A DNA stretch of 64,000 nt from an uncultured Chloroflexia bacterium. Lineage in GTDB: Bacteria > Chloroflexota > Limnocylindria > Limnocylindrales > CSP1-4. The notes under the pieces were generated by a model. That model had not been told where the DNA came from, did not search any database, and was given only the letters and a program-made list of their open reading frames with translations. The position numbers were made by a program, and so were the translations under genes. Below, piece after piece: positions 1 through 8,503 of this stretch (positions are counted from its first letter, which is position 1; each line of letters opens with the position of its first letter). The stretch covers positions 64,001 to 128,000 of the forward strand of contig CAVQJC010000020.1 of the NCBI GenBank assembly GCA_963712745.1. The letters run 5' to 3'.

Positions 1-183
1 CAGGAGGGGTCCGCCAGCCCCGACCAGCTCCGCGACCGGACGAGCGAAGAGCAGGAGTTGTATGAGTAGCCCCGCGACCGCCAGTTGCCACCACACGAGA
101 TGGACGCGCTCGAGGTTGCGGACCCGTCCACCCATCAGCCGACCGAGCAGCAGGCCGGCGGCGATGGCATAGAGCAGCAGCAT
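1..183 (-). CDS. DUF5317-like membrane protein, N-terminal part (runs off left edge)
   Basis: Not in the ORF track; hand-translated as MLLLYAIAAGLLLGRLMGGRVRNLERVHLVWWQLAVAGLLIQLLLFARPVAELVGAGGPLL. SD GGGAGG at 196-201 (minus). The N-terminal GGRxxNL..W.L pattern is as I recall for DUF5317. Confidence 0.7.
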   Translation of the reverse strand, partial: MLLLYAIAAGLLLGRLMGGRVRNLERVHLVWWQLAVAGLLIQLLLFARPVAELVGAGGPLL

Positions 184-210
184 CGAGTCGCGGGGCCTCC
201 CTATGCAAGA

Positions 211-233
211 CGCCGGCGCTGACGGCGCCGGCG
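211..233 (-). terminator. GC hairpin between the peptide gene and DUF5317 (terminator/attenuator-like)
   Basis: Perfect 9-bp stem CGCCGGCGC/GCGCCGGCG with a 5-nt loop, followed by a short TCTT on the minus strand. Confidence 0.45.
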
Positions 234-322
234 AGGATGTCACTCGGTATCGCGCATGTGGGGTGGGATGGGACCGGCGAACGGCGCGAGGGTGGGCGTC
301 GCCGGCCCCGTGAGTTTGTCGT

Positions 323-409
323 CTACCACCAGCGGATGGGCGCCGCCAGCACGAGCACGAACGCAGCGACCGCAGCGAGGCGGAGTGCGAGATCCTTGTA
401 ACGGCTCAT
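323..409 (-). CDS. 28-aa small hydrophobic peptide MSRYKDLALRLAAVAAFVLVLAAPIRWW
   Basis: SD GGGAG 9 nt before the ATG at 409; basic N-terminus, hydrophobic core, C-terminal RWW; stem-loop (about 270-309) just after the stop. Confidence 0.65.
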   Translation of the reverse strand: MSRYKDLALRLAAVAAFVLVLAAPIRWW

Positions 410-659
410 CCTGTGTATCTCCCAGTGAGTCGGGCCTGGGCCCTGGGTCCGCGAGTGCTCGGGTCTCGGTCGAGGGAGGTGGCTCCCTGACGCCTCAGAT
501 ACTCGCGGCCACGGGTAACACCCTCCATGGCGAAGTCGTACTAGGACCGGGTTTGACGGCGCGCACCAGTCCCGACCGCCCAGCACCGGCAACGACCTCA
601 CCCCACGGGAGCGCAAGTGCCGCCGGGAGACCGGCGCCGGCAGCCCGTATGCTCCAGTC

Positions 660-1238
660 ATGACCGACGACCACCTCAGAGAGACCAGCGTGGAGCGGCG
701 CCTGCTTCACCGGGGCCGATTCATCAACTTCCGCATCGACACCATCGAGGACCCACAGGGCAAGCGCCACACGCGCGAGGTCGTGGAGCACCCCGGCGCC
801 ATCTGCGTCATCCCCATCCACGGCGAGGAGGTGCTGATGGTGCGGCAATGGCGCACGCCCGTGGCCAAGGTCGTGCTCGAGCTGCCGGCAGGGACGCTCG
901 ATCGCATGCCCGACGGGTCCGTGGAGGACCCCGACGATGCGGCTCCGCGCGAGCTCGCGGAGGAGACCGGCTTCCGAGCCGGCTCCTGGCGCAAGCTCGG
1001 GCGTTTCTGGACTGCACCGGGTTTCACCGAGGAGCAGATGCACCTGTACCTTGCCACCGACCTCTGGCCGCTCGAGGACTACCGCGGTCCCGATGTCGAC
1101 GAGTACCTCGACCTCGTGCGGCTGCCCTGGCAGGAGGCGGTAGCGATGGCGGCGCGCGGCGAGGTCGAGGACGCCAAGACGCTGGTCGGCCTGCTCTGGC
1201 TGGGCCGGCTGGCCGACGCGGGCGAGCTACCCGGGTAG
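660..1238 (+). CDS. nudF: NUDIX hydrolase (ADP-ribose pyrophosphatase-like)
   Basis: ELPAG..E...AAPRELAEETG Nudix box, HPGA, PGFT, DAKT motifs. Confidence 0.88.
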   Translation: MTDDHLRETSVERRLLHRGRFINFRIDTIEDPQGKRHTREVVEHPGAICVIPIHGEEVLMVRQWRTPVAKVVLELPAGTLDRMPDGSVEDPDDAAPRELAEETGFRAGSWRKLGRFWTAPGFTEEQMHLYLATDLWPLEDYRGPDVDEYLDLVRLPWQEAVAMAARGEVEDAKTLVGLLWLGRLADAGELPG

Positions 1239-2261
1239 CCACTCCCTGAGATCGATGGGCGAGAGACGCGGGCTGGACGTGACGCCCGGGATACGACCGC
1301 GTTTGGCGATCGGCCGTCCGTCGATCTCCTTGAGGTCCCCGGTGAAGTCGATGGGCGAGGCCCCGCTGATGTAGCTGCCGACGGCGAAGAAGTCGACCGG
1401 GGCACCGGCATCCTTGAAGTACCGGATGCGGTCGGGCGTGAGGCCGCCCGAGACGATGACCTTGACCTGTTCGAAGCCGTCGAGGTCGAGCCGGGCCCGA
1501 ACCTCCATGACCAGGTCGGCCGTCACCCGCCCCCGCTCCGAGGGCGTGTCGAGGCGGACGCCGTAGAGCCGCTCACCCAGCGCGTGCGCCACGCGCAGCG
1601 ATTCTTCGGCCTCGTCCTTGAAGGTATCGACGAGGACGATGCGCGGCACGTCCGGCGCCACATGGCGGTCGAAGGCCTCCGCGGCATGGACCGTGTCGCC
1701 GATGACGAGCACGAGCGAGTGCGGCATCGTGCCCGTGGGGGCCAGCCCGGCCAGGCGCGCACCGGCCGGCGTGGAGGCACCCACACAGCCACCCACGATG
1801 GCTGCGTAGTCAAGCGCGTCGGTGATGTGGGGGTGGACGTGACGTGCGCCGAAGCTGATGACCGGCTGGGGCGCGGCTGCGGCCACGCATTCGCGGGCCG
1901 CGTTGGCCCAGCCCGTGGACTGGGCGAGCATGCCCAGGATGGCCGTCTCGTACAGCCCGAACGCACGGTAGCGCGCACGGATGCGCATGACGATCTCCTT
2001 GGCCGAGAACTCGTCCCCATCCGAAAGCGACTCGACCACGTATTCCTCGTCACTCTCGGCGAACACGGAGGCCAGCAGGACCTTGGCCTCGTCGATGCCG
2101 CAGAGGATCCCCTCCGAACGCGAGAAGACCTCCATGACCACGACCGGGTCCAGGCCCTCGCCCTCGAGGATCTCCTCGGCACGCCGGAAGTAGACGTCAG
2201 CCGACTCCCCGCTCAGCACGTCGTGGGAGGGCCGGCGGCGTTCTCGTGTCACTCGGTCCAT
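1227..2261 (-). CDS. pncB: Nicotinate phosphoribosyltransferase
   Basis: ADVYF, SFGARH, GTMPHS, LVDTF, VRLDTP, SGG motifs; start placed at ATG 2261 (the track extends it to 2345). Confidence 0.88.
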   Translation of the reverse strand: MDRVTRERRRPSHDVLSGESADVYFRRAEEILEGEGLDPVVVMEVFSRSEGILCGIDEAKVLLASVFAESDEEYVVESLSDGDEFSAKEIVMRIRARYRAFGLYETAILGMLAQSTGWANAARECVAAAAPQPVISFGARHVHPHITDALDYAAIVGGCVGASTPAGARLAGLAPTGTMPHSLVLVIGDTVHAAEAFDRHVAPDVPRIVLVDTFKDEAEESLRVAHALGERLYGVRLDTPSERGRVTADLVMEVRARLDLDGFEQVKVIVSGGLTPDRIRYFKDAGAPVDFFAVGSYISGASPIDFTGDLKEIDGRPIAKRGRIPGVTSSPRLSPIDLREWLPG

Positions 2262-2498
2262 CAGGTGCGCAAGTGTAGCGACTGGGGCTATCGCTGGCTC
2301 CGGGTTCCACCGTGCATCGACTGGCATCCCGCGCTCTTGAGCCACTGCTGTGCGAGCGCGTATCGCTTCGGTGGCACACGCGCGGGCTCCCCATCATAGG
2401 ATGGAGCCGCACGCCCAGATGGCATGCCCCACCGGCCGCTCGTCCCCCGAGCCCCGGGACGGTGCCACGCGTAGCCGCGGACAGAGGCAGATGTCACC

Positions 2499-3338
2499 AT
2501 GATCGAGCTCGGCGTCTTCGCCAGGGCCTTCCCGTCGGGACCCGCGGCTCAGGTCGCGGGGATGATCAGGGCCGCAGGCTTCACGGCGACCCAGCTCAAC
2601 CTCTCCGCCATCAGGCGGCCAACACTCGATCCGAGCCTCACCGTTCCCGAAGCCGCCACGATCGCCAAGGCGTTCGAGGAGGCTGGCGTTCGGATCTGGG
2701 GCTTGTCCGGCACGTTCAACGCCATCCACCCTGACGAGGCTACGCGCAAGGCAGGCGCCCGTGCCTGCCGCAGCAATATCGCCAGAGCCGCGGTCATGGG
2801 AGCGGAGGTCGTGACTCTTTGCAGCGGTACCCGCGATCGGGAAAGCAAGTGGCGTGCACATCCCGACAACCGCTCGCCCGCGGCATGGCGGGACTTGCGC
2901 ATCACCCTCGATTCGCTGATACCGGCAGCGAGCGAGTCAGGTGTACGACTCGGCATCGAGCCCGAGCCCGGCAACGTCATCCACGATGCCAAGTCTGCGA
3001 TGCGGCTGTTCGCCGAGCTGGGCGATGACGCCCGCTATCTGGCAGTCGTCCTCGACCCTGCGAACCTTCTGACCGTGCGCACGCTGCCGCACCAGCGGGA
3101 GATCCTGACCGAAGCTTTCGACGGGCTCGGGGAACAGACCGCGGCAATGCATGCCAAGGACGTCGTCGCGGCGGGATATGCAGCACCTGGCATGGGCGGG
3201 ATGGACTACGAGCTCGTGATGCGACTTCACGCCTCACTGCCCCGGCCCGTCCCCGTCATCGCGCAGGATCTCACCGCCGACGATGCTGCGCGCGTGGCCT
3301 CCTTTCTGTCCGAGCGCGCAGCTAGCGCCGCGCCGTGA
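2499..3338 (+). CDS. Sugar phosphate isomerase/epimerase (xylose-isomerase-like TIM barrel)
   Basis: LGIEPE, LDPANL and HAKD metal-binding motifs. Confidence 0.85.
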   Translation: MIELGVFARAFPSGPAAQVAGMIRAAGFTATQLNLSAIRRPTLDPSLTVPEAATIAKAFEEAGVRIWGLSGTFNAIHPDEATRKAGARACRSNIARAAVMGAEVVTLCSGTRDRESKWRAHPDNRSPAAWRDLRITLDSLIPAASESGVRLGIEPEPGNVIHDAKSAMRLFAELGDDARYLAVVLDPANLLTVRTLPHQREILTEAFDGLGEQTAAMHAKDVVAAGYAAPGMGGMDYELVMRLHASLPRPVPVIAQDLTADDAARVASFLSERAASAAP

Positions 3339-3438
3339 TCGCATCCCGCCCCAGGGGCGCCGGCGAGTATCTGCCGACGACGACAGAGCCGGTACGGCCA
3401 GGTCGACCGGATCTCGAGCTGCATCGGGAGCCACGCGC

Positions 3439-4196
3439 TTGATCGCCAAGAAGGCACGCGTGCTCGTCATCGGCCGCCAAGCCCGGCAACGGCCGCCCGG
3501 GCTTCCCGAGACGGCCACGGGTGCCAGCTACGTGATGGCCGACGACATCGGGGCCGCTAGGGCCAACCTCGAAGACTGCGACGTCGTGTTCCACTACGGG
3601 CCTCCACTGGAATCGCTCGAGTCGACTTGGCACGCCGCCAGGCGATTGCGTTGGCTGCACATCGGTGCCGTGGGGGTCGAACGGGCGCTCTTTCCTGAAC
3701 TCATCAGGAGCGACGTGACAGTCACCAACAGCCGCGGCGTCTTCGACGCTCCGCTCTCCGAGTACGTACTGGCGCTGATGCTCGCGCTGGTCAAGGACGT
3801 GCCGGGGACTGTTCGGGCTCAGGCCGCACGCCGATGGCACCCTCGCGTCCTCGGGTCGTTGTCTGGCGGACGGGTAGTCATCCTGGGTGCTGGCACGGTG
3901 GCACGGGCAGCGGGATGGCTGCTCCGATCGATCGGCCTCGAGGTCACGCTCGTGGCGCGCTCCGGCCGTGAAGGCGAGCCCGGCGAAGGCTGGATCCATG
4001 CCGCCAGCGACCTGCATCGCCTGCTTCCGGCTGCCGATTGGCTCGTCATCGCCGCGCCCCTCACGGCTGAGACCAGAGGTCTCATCGGTGCCCGTGAGCT
4101 CGAGGCACTGCCTCGCGGAGCACGCCTCGTCAACGTCGGTCGCGGCCCGATCGTCGTCGAGGAGGCCCTCATCAGGGCCGTAGATTCGGGACGAGA
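3439..4196 (+). pseudogene. D-2-hydroxyacid dehydrogenase, C-terminally truncated
   Basis: GAGTVA Rossmann motif, PLTAET and VNVGRG are present. Homology ends at VDSGR where the convergent gene's stop begins; the ALDV/EPL/TPH catalytic segment is absent. TTG start after GGGAG. Confidence 0.75.
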
Positions 4197-5006
4197 TCAG
4201 GCGATGAGCAGGATGTGGTTCGGGTCGATCAGCTCCCGGATGAGGCGGACCTGGTCTGTCGTCGGCGCCTCGGTGGTCGGGCAGTCTTCGGGTATCAGGG
4301 GGCGGAAGCTCATGGCGTCGAGCACCTGCTCCAGTTCGACGCCGGGATGGACCGAGAGAAGCTGCATCTCCTTCGTCTCGGCGTCGAACCCGAACACGGC
4401 CTTGTCGGTGATGACGCGCCAGGGCCCGCCCGGATCCATCCCCAGCTGCTCGCGAGAATCCCCGCCATCGAGGTGCCCCACACTGGTGATGAAGTCGACG
4501 CGCTCCACGAAGGTCCGCTTGCGCAGGTCGGTGATCACGATGGGTCGCTTGACGTAGGCGAAGTGGTCGGTCTGGGCGAGGCATCCCACGAGCCGGACCT
4601 TGGGCTTCCGATAGTCGCCGATGGCGGTGATGTTCAGGTTGCCGAAGCGGTCGATCTGGGGAGCCGAGTCGAACGACACGTCGAACTGACGGCGCGCAAG
4701 CATGTCGCACTTGTCGCCCGTGTGGGCCATCTGGCTCGCACAGGGCCAGGTGGTCACATGGTGCTGCGTCAGTTCTGGAGGGATCCGCGTCAGGTCCGGG
4801 CTGAGGAGGTTGCCCCAGTAGATGGTGATGTCCGGGGCATGTGTCAGCTGCGCCAGCCTGGCTGAGGCGATCGGGATCCCGACCGCCAGCGTGAACGCCC
4901 GTCCAGCAGTGCCGACTCCGACGAACGCGAGGTCGCCATCACGCAGCTCCCGGGAGGCAGCGACGACCAACAACTCGTTGAGGGTGTAATCGTCCGCGTA
5001 GGCCAT
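4197..5006 (-). CDS. Family I CoA-transferase-fold beta subunit (GctB/IpdB-like)
   Basis: AASRELRDG..FVGVG, THAPD, QIDRFGNLN, FVERVDFITS; canonical YESG Glu absent. Confidence 0.85.
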   Translation of the reverse strand: MAYADDYTLNELLVVAASRELRDGDLAFVGVGTAGRAFTLAVGIPIASARLAQLTHAPDITIYWGNLLSPDLTRIPPELTQHHVTTWPCASQMAHTGDKCDMLARRQFDVSFDSAPQIDRFGNLNITAIGDYRKPKVRLVGCLAQTDHFAYVKRPIVITDLRKRTFVERVDFITSVGHLDGGDSREQLGMDPGGPWRVITDKAVFGFDAETKEMQLLSVHPGVELEQVLDAMSFRPLIPEDCPTTEAPTTDQVRLIRELIDPNHILLIA

Positions 5007-5018
5007 CGGATTCGACTC

Positions 5019-5900
5019 CTAATGTACTGAGAGCTCGAAGATGCGCTGGGGAGTCAGCGCCTTTTGCAGGTACTCCCAGTGATCCTCGACGCCGTGGATG
5101 TACTTCTCCGCGTACTCGTCGAAGCGACCGCCCTTGGAGCACTCCTGGTAGTACTCCATGTGTGCGACGTCCTCGTCGTAGTAACCATCACAGCTGAGCG
5201 GATGCGCACCGAATGGCGCCTCGACGATGGCTTCGACCCACAGATGCGGGATGTAGGTCAGGTTGGGCCGTCGCAGGATCTCCTCATGCGGGACGATCTT
5301 CTCCACCGTGACGATCAGCCGGTTCGCCGCCTTGGCCATGATGGGATCGATGTCGTCGCTGTCCCGCTGCACCGGGAACTGCACGTTCCCGTACTCGTCC
5401 CCGACGTAGCCGTGGAGAACGGTGAAGTCGGCGACGGCTGCCTCTACGGCGTGATAGGTCTTGCCGGTGAAGGGGCAGACGATCTCGCGGATCTGCTCCT
5501 TGTTGTAGGCGGCCATCCCGGTGCCCATCAGGACATCGGTGGGCATGAACGAGATGCCCTGTGCAGCCGCGCGGAACCGCGCGATCATCGACGTCTCCGG
5601 GAAGTCACGAATCTCGATCGATCCCTGCTCGACGCCGCGCCGGAAGTTGTAGGCCATCCCGAATTGGAAGAGCCCCTCGTAGACCGCTTCCACCCGCTTC
5701 ACGGCGCCGGCACCGGCGAGCATGTCCATGGTGAAGCCCGCCGGGAAGGCCAGGATCCGAAGATCCGAAACACCCTGACGGATGAGCTCCCTGACGAACG
5801 CGGCCGGCGACCGCCTGATGATGCTGCCACCGACCGCGATCGTGCTGCCGGAAGGCACCAACCGGGCAGCCTCTGCCATCGTCACGAGCTTGCGTTTCAT
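5019..5900 (-). CDS. Family I CoA-transferase-fold alpha subunit (GctA/IpdA-like)
   Basis: IAVGG...RSP, DEYGNV, IVTVEKIV, APFGAHP..C.GYY. Confidence 0.87.
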   Translation of the reverse strand: MKRKLVTMAEAARLVPSGSTIAVGGSIIRRSPAAFVRELIRQGVSDLRILAFPAGFTMDMLAGAGAVKRVEAVYEGLFQFGMAYNFRRGVEQGSIEIRDFPETSMIARFRAAAQGISFMPTDVLMGTGMAAYNKEQIREIVCPFTGKTYHAVEAAVADFTVLHGYVGDEYGNVQFPVQRDSDDIDPIMAKAANRLIVTVEKIVPHEEILRRPNLTYIPHLWVEAIVEAPFGAHPLSCDGYYDEDVAHMEYYQECSKGGRFDEYAEKYIHGVEDHWEYLQKALTPQRIFELSVH

Positions 5901-6003
5901 CTTGGGCTGCCCCTCTCTCGAACCTCGCTCAATGTCTGATGCGTGAAGCCGTCGGAATCTGAGCGGAATGACGTGACGACCAGATTGCCATCAGTACACC
6001 TGC

Positions 6004-7194
6004 TCAGATGACGCCACTGGCCGCCAGCTCTTCCACGGCATCACTGTCGAGGCCCAGCCATTCAGCGTAGACCTCCCCGTTGTGCTGCCCCAGTAGCGGC
6101 GGCGGGCGGCGGATGCTCTGGCGCGATCGAGAGAAGTGGACGTTCAATCCATGCATCGGGAAGCGCCCTACTGTGGGGTGCTCGATCTCGACCAGCATGT
6201 CGCGATGCCTGACCTGGGGATCTTCGACCACTTCGTCGATGCTCGCCACCTTCGCGCATGGAAGTCCGGCCCCGCGAACCAGGTCCACGACCACGTCGGC
6301 GGGTCGTTCGATGACCCAGTCGGACAGCACGGCCTCGCTCGCTTCGACGTTGCGCATGCGAGCCTCGTTGGTCGCGAACCGCGGGTCCTGCAGGATCTCC
6401 GTCCGCCCGATGACCTCGAGCAGTCGCGGGAAGAGCGAATCAGTCGCAGACGCGATGTAGACCCATCGACCGTCCTGGGCCTCGAAGAGGTTCGACGGGG
6501 CAGCGTAACGATCCCGATTCCCTCGCCTGGTCATCTTCTTGCCGAGCAGCAGATACTCGGGGATAGCCGTGACGAGGAACGAGACGGCCGTGTCCAACAG
6601 TGCGACATCCACGTGCTGGCCTTCCCCGGTCTCGTCCCGGGCGCGCAGTGCCCCGAGGATGCCGAACGCGGCATAGATCCCGCTGGCGTAATCGACGAGG
6701 AACGTGCCGGTGGTTACCGGCGGCCTTTCCGGCTCGCCGGTCAGGTCCATGAGGCCGCCCATCGCCTGGGCGATCATGTCGAAGCACGCGTAGTCCGCGT
6801 ACGGCCCGTCCTGACCGAAACCGGAGATGCTTGCCATCACCAGGCTCGGGTTGATCTCCTTGAGTACCTCGTACCCGCAACCCATCTTCTCCATGGTGCC
6901 GGCTCGGAAGTTCTCCACCAGGACGTCGGCTTCCCGCACCAGTGACTTCAGGAGCTCGATACCCCTGGGGTTGCGGAAATCAAGCGTCACCCCACGCTTG
7001 TTCCGGTTCATCATCATGTAGTAGAGACTCTCGCCACCGACCTTGTCGCCCACGCTCCGGACGTCGTCGCCACGCCCGATACGCTCGACTTTGACCACGT
7101 CGGCACCCATGTCACCGAGCAACATGCAGCAGAACGGTCCGGCGAGCACACGGCTGATGTCCAGGACCTTGATACCTTCGAGTGGAGCCTGCAT
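6004..7194 (-). CDS. CaiB/BaiF family III CoA-transferase
   Basis: PLEGIKVLD, LAGPF, GADVVKVE, NRNKR, ENFR, SGFGQDGP, VDYASG, PPLLGQH. Confidence 0.93.
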   Translation of the reverse strand: MQAPLEGIKVLDISRVLAGPFCCMLLGDMGADVVKVERIGRGDDVRSVGDKVGGESLYYMMMNRNKRGVTLDFRNPRGIELLKSLVREADVLVENFRAGTMEKMGCGYEVLKEINPSLVMASISGFGQDGPYADYACFDMIAQAMGGLMDLTGEPERPPVTTGTFLVDYASGIYAAFGILGALRARDETGEGQHVDVALLDTAVSFLVTAIPEYLLLGKKMTRRGNRDRYAAPSNLFEAQDGRWVYIASATDSLFPRLLEVIGRTEILQDPRFATNEARMRNVEASEAVLSDWVIERPADVVVDLVRGAGLPCAKVASIDEVVEDPQVRHRDMLVEIEHPTVGRFPMHGLNVHFSRSRQSIRRPPPLLGQHNGEVYAEWLGLDSDAVEELAASGVI

Positions 7195-7364
7195 CGCGAC
7201 GTTCCTTCCTGTCAGAGCTACCGGCAGACCGGAAGCGCGCTGGCTACACCCGCGCCTTCAGCTCGCATGTCCGACGCGGGCAGCGCCACTCGAGTGGGCG
7301 GTACGGCAGCGCCCGGGTCCAACGCTTCCCCGGCCCTCGCCGCTGCACCACCGAACCGCCCGGT

Positions 7365-7398
7365 TACCATGTAGGTCGAAACGATAGTCGAAACGATT
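7365..7398 (+). promoter_or_regulatory. -10 element (TACCAT) plus tandem LacI-type operator GTCGAAACGATA GTCGAAACGATT
   Basis: 12-bp direct repeat with AAACG core at 7375-7398, immediately after TACCAT. Confidence 0.55.
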
Positions 7399-7444
7399 GG
7401 CCCGTGCACACCATGCCGATCTACGGAGCCTGGCCAGGCGGCGC

Positions 7445-8503
7445 TCACCGGGGGCCGATCTCGACTGTGGCACCGTCTCTCGCGGAACTCTCCGCCGCCG
7501 CTTCGATCAGGCGTAGCGCTTCGATCCCGTCATGAGGCGATGGATCGGTCTCATGACCCTCCAGGATCGAGCGAGCGAAGGACTCAAGCTGACGCTTGAA
7601 CGGGTCGGTGTCCTCGAAGCGCGGGACTGCTGCCGTGCGCTCGTCTTCGAGGTACAGCTCGACCCGACTCCCGAGCCTGGAGAAGACGTACGGCGACCGG
7701 ATGCGGATGTGCCCCAGCTCGCCGTAGATATCCGTCCCTTCTGACCAGTCGCTGTGGACGTTGGTCGTGATCTCGAACGAGGCGAGTCCACTGCCCCTCG
7801 CGATCCCGGCGGTGCCATGCCAGGTATGGTCTCCATCGACCGACGAGTGGCGGGCACTGAGCCAGGCCACGTCCCCCGCCAGATAGCGCAGCCCATCGAA
7901 CAGGTGGGCGCCGTGGGTGAGCAGACGGTAGCGCTCGGCATCACTCTTCGCCTCCTCCTCGACCCGACGCACAGCCTCATCGACCACGACGGGCGGGAAC
8001 AAGGTGCGCTGCAGGCCCGCCCTCGACGCGGCCATGACGCGATACCACGTCTGCACGCTGAGGATCCGGCCGATGCGCGCGACATTGGCTCTTGCGAACT
8101 CGACTGCCGGATCGTGGCGCTTCATGCAACCGGTCTGGAGACGGAGCCCACGATCGCGTGCGGCGTCCGCGAGCCGCTGCGCCTCTGCTGCGGTCATGGC
8201 AAGCGGCTTCTCCATGAGCACGTGTTTGCCTGCTTCCAAGGCATGGAGCCCGAGGGGTAGATGGAACCGGTCGGGCACGGCGATCAGGACCGCATCGAGA
8301 TCCAACGCCAGCAGCTCATCGGTATCAGTGAATGCGTCGACGCCATGGCGCGCACCCACCGCGGTGACAAGCTCCGAGGACGGGTCGCTGATGGCGACGA
8401 GCCGGATACCCGCCGCCTTGGCTGTGGCAGGCAGGTGCGCGACCTGGGCGATGCGCCCGGCGCCGATCACACCAAGACGGATGCGATCGTTCGTGACACT
8501 CAC
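7445..8503 (-). CDS. Gfo/Idh/MocA oxidoreductase
   Basis: GVIGAGRIA, GKHVLMEKP, HLFD. Confidence 0.9.
   Translation of the reverse strand: MSVTNDRIRLGVIGAGRIAQVAHLPATAKAAGIRLVAISDPSSELVTAVGARHGVDAFTDTDELLALDLDAVLIAVPDRFHLPLGLHALEAGKHVLMEKPLAMTAAEAQRLADAARDRGLRLQTGCMKRHDPAVEFARANVARIGRILSVQTWYRVMAASRAGLQRTLFPPVVVDEAVRRVEEEAKSDAERYRLLTHGAHLFDGLRYLAGDVAWLSARHSSVDGDHTWHGTAGIARGSGLASFEITTNVHSDWSEGTDIYGELGHIRIRSPYVFSRLGSRVELYLEDERTAAVPRFEDTDPFKRQLESFARSILEGHETDPSPHDGIEALRLIEAAAESSARDGATVEIGPR

Noticed and set aside
430-660. c-di-GMP-I riboswitch upstream of the peptide gene
   Set aside because: Lacks the GCAAA/GAAA tetraloop-receptor consensus
323-661. 112-aa version of the peptide ORF in the track
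   Set aside because: Upstream part looks non-coding and overlaps the nudF start; the SD supports ATG 409
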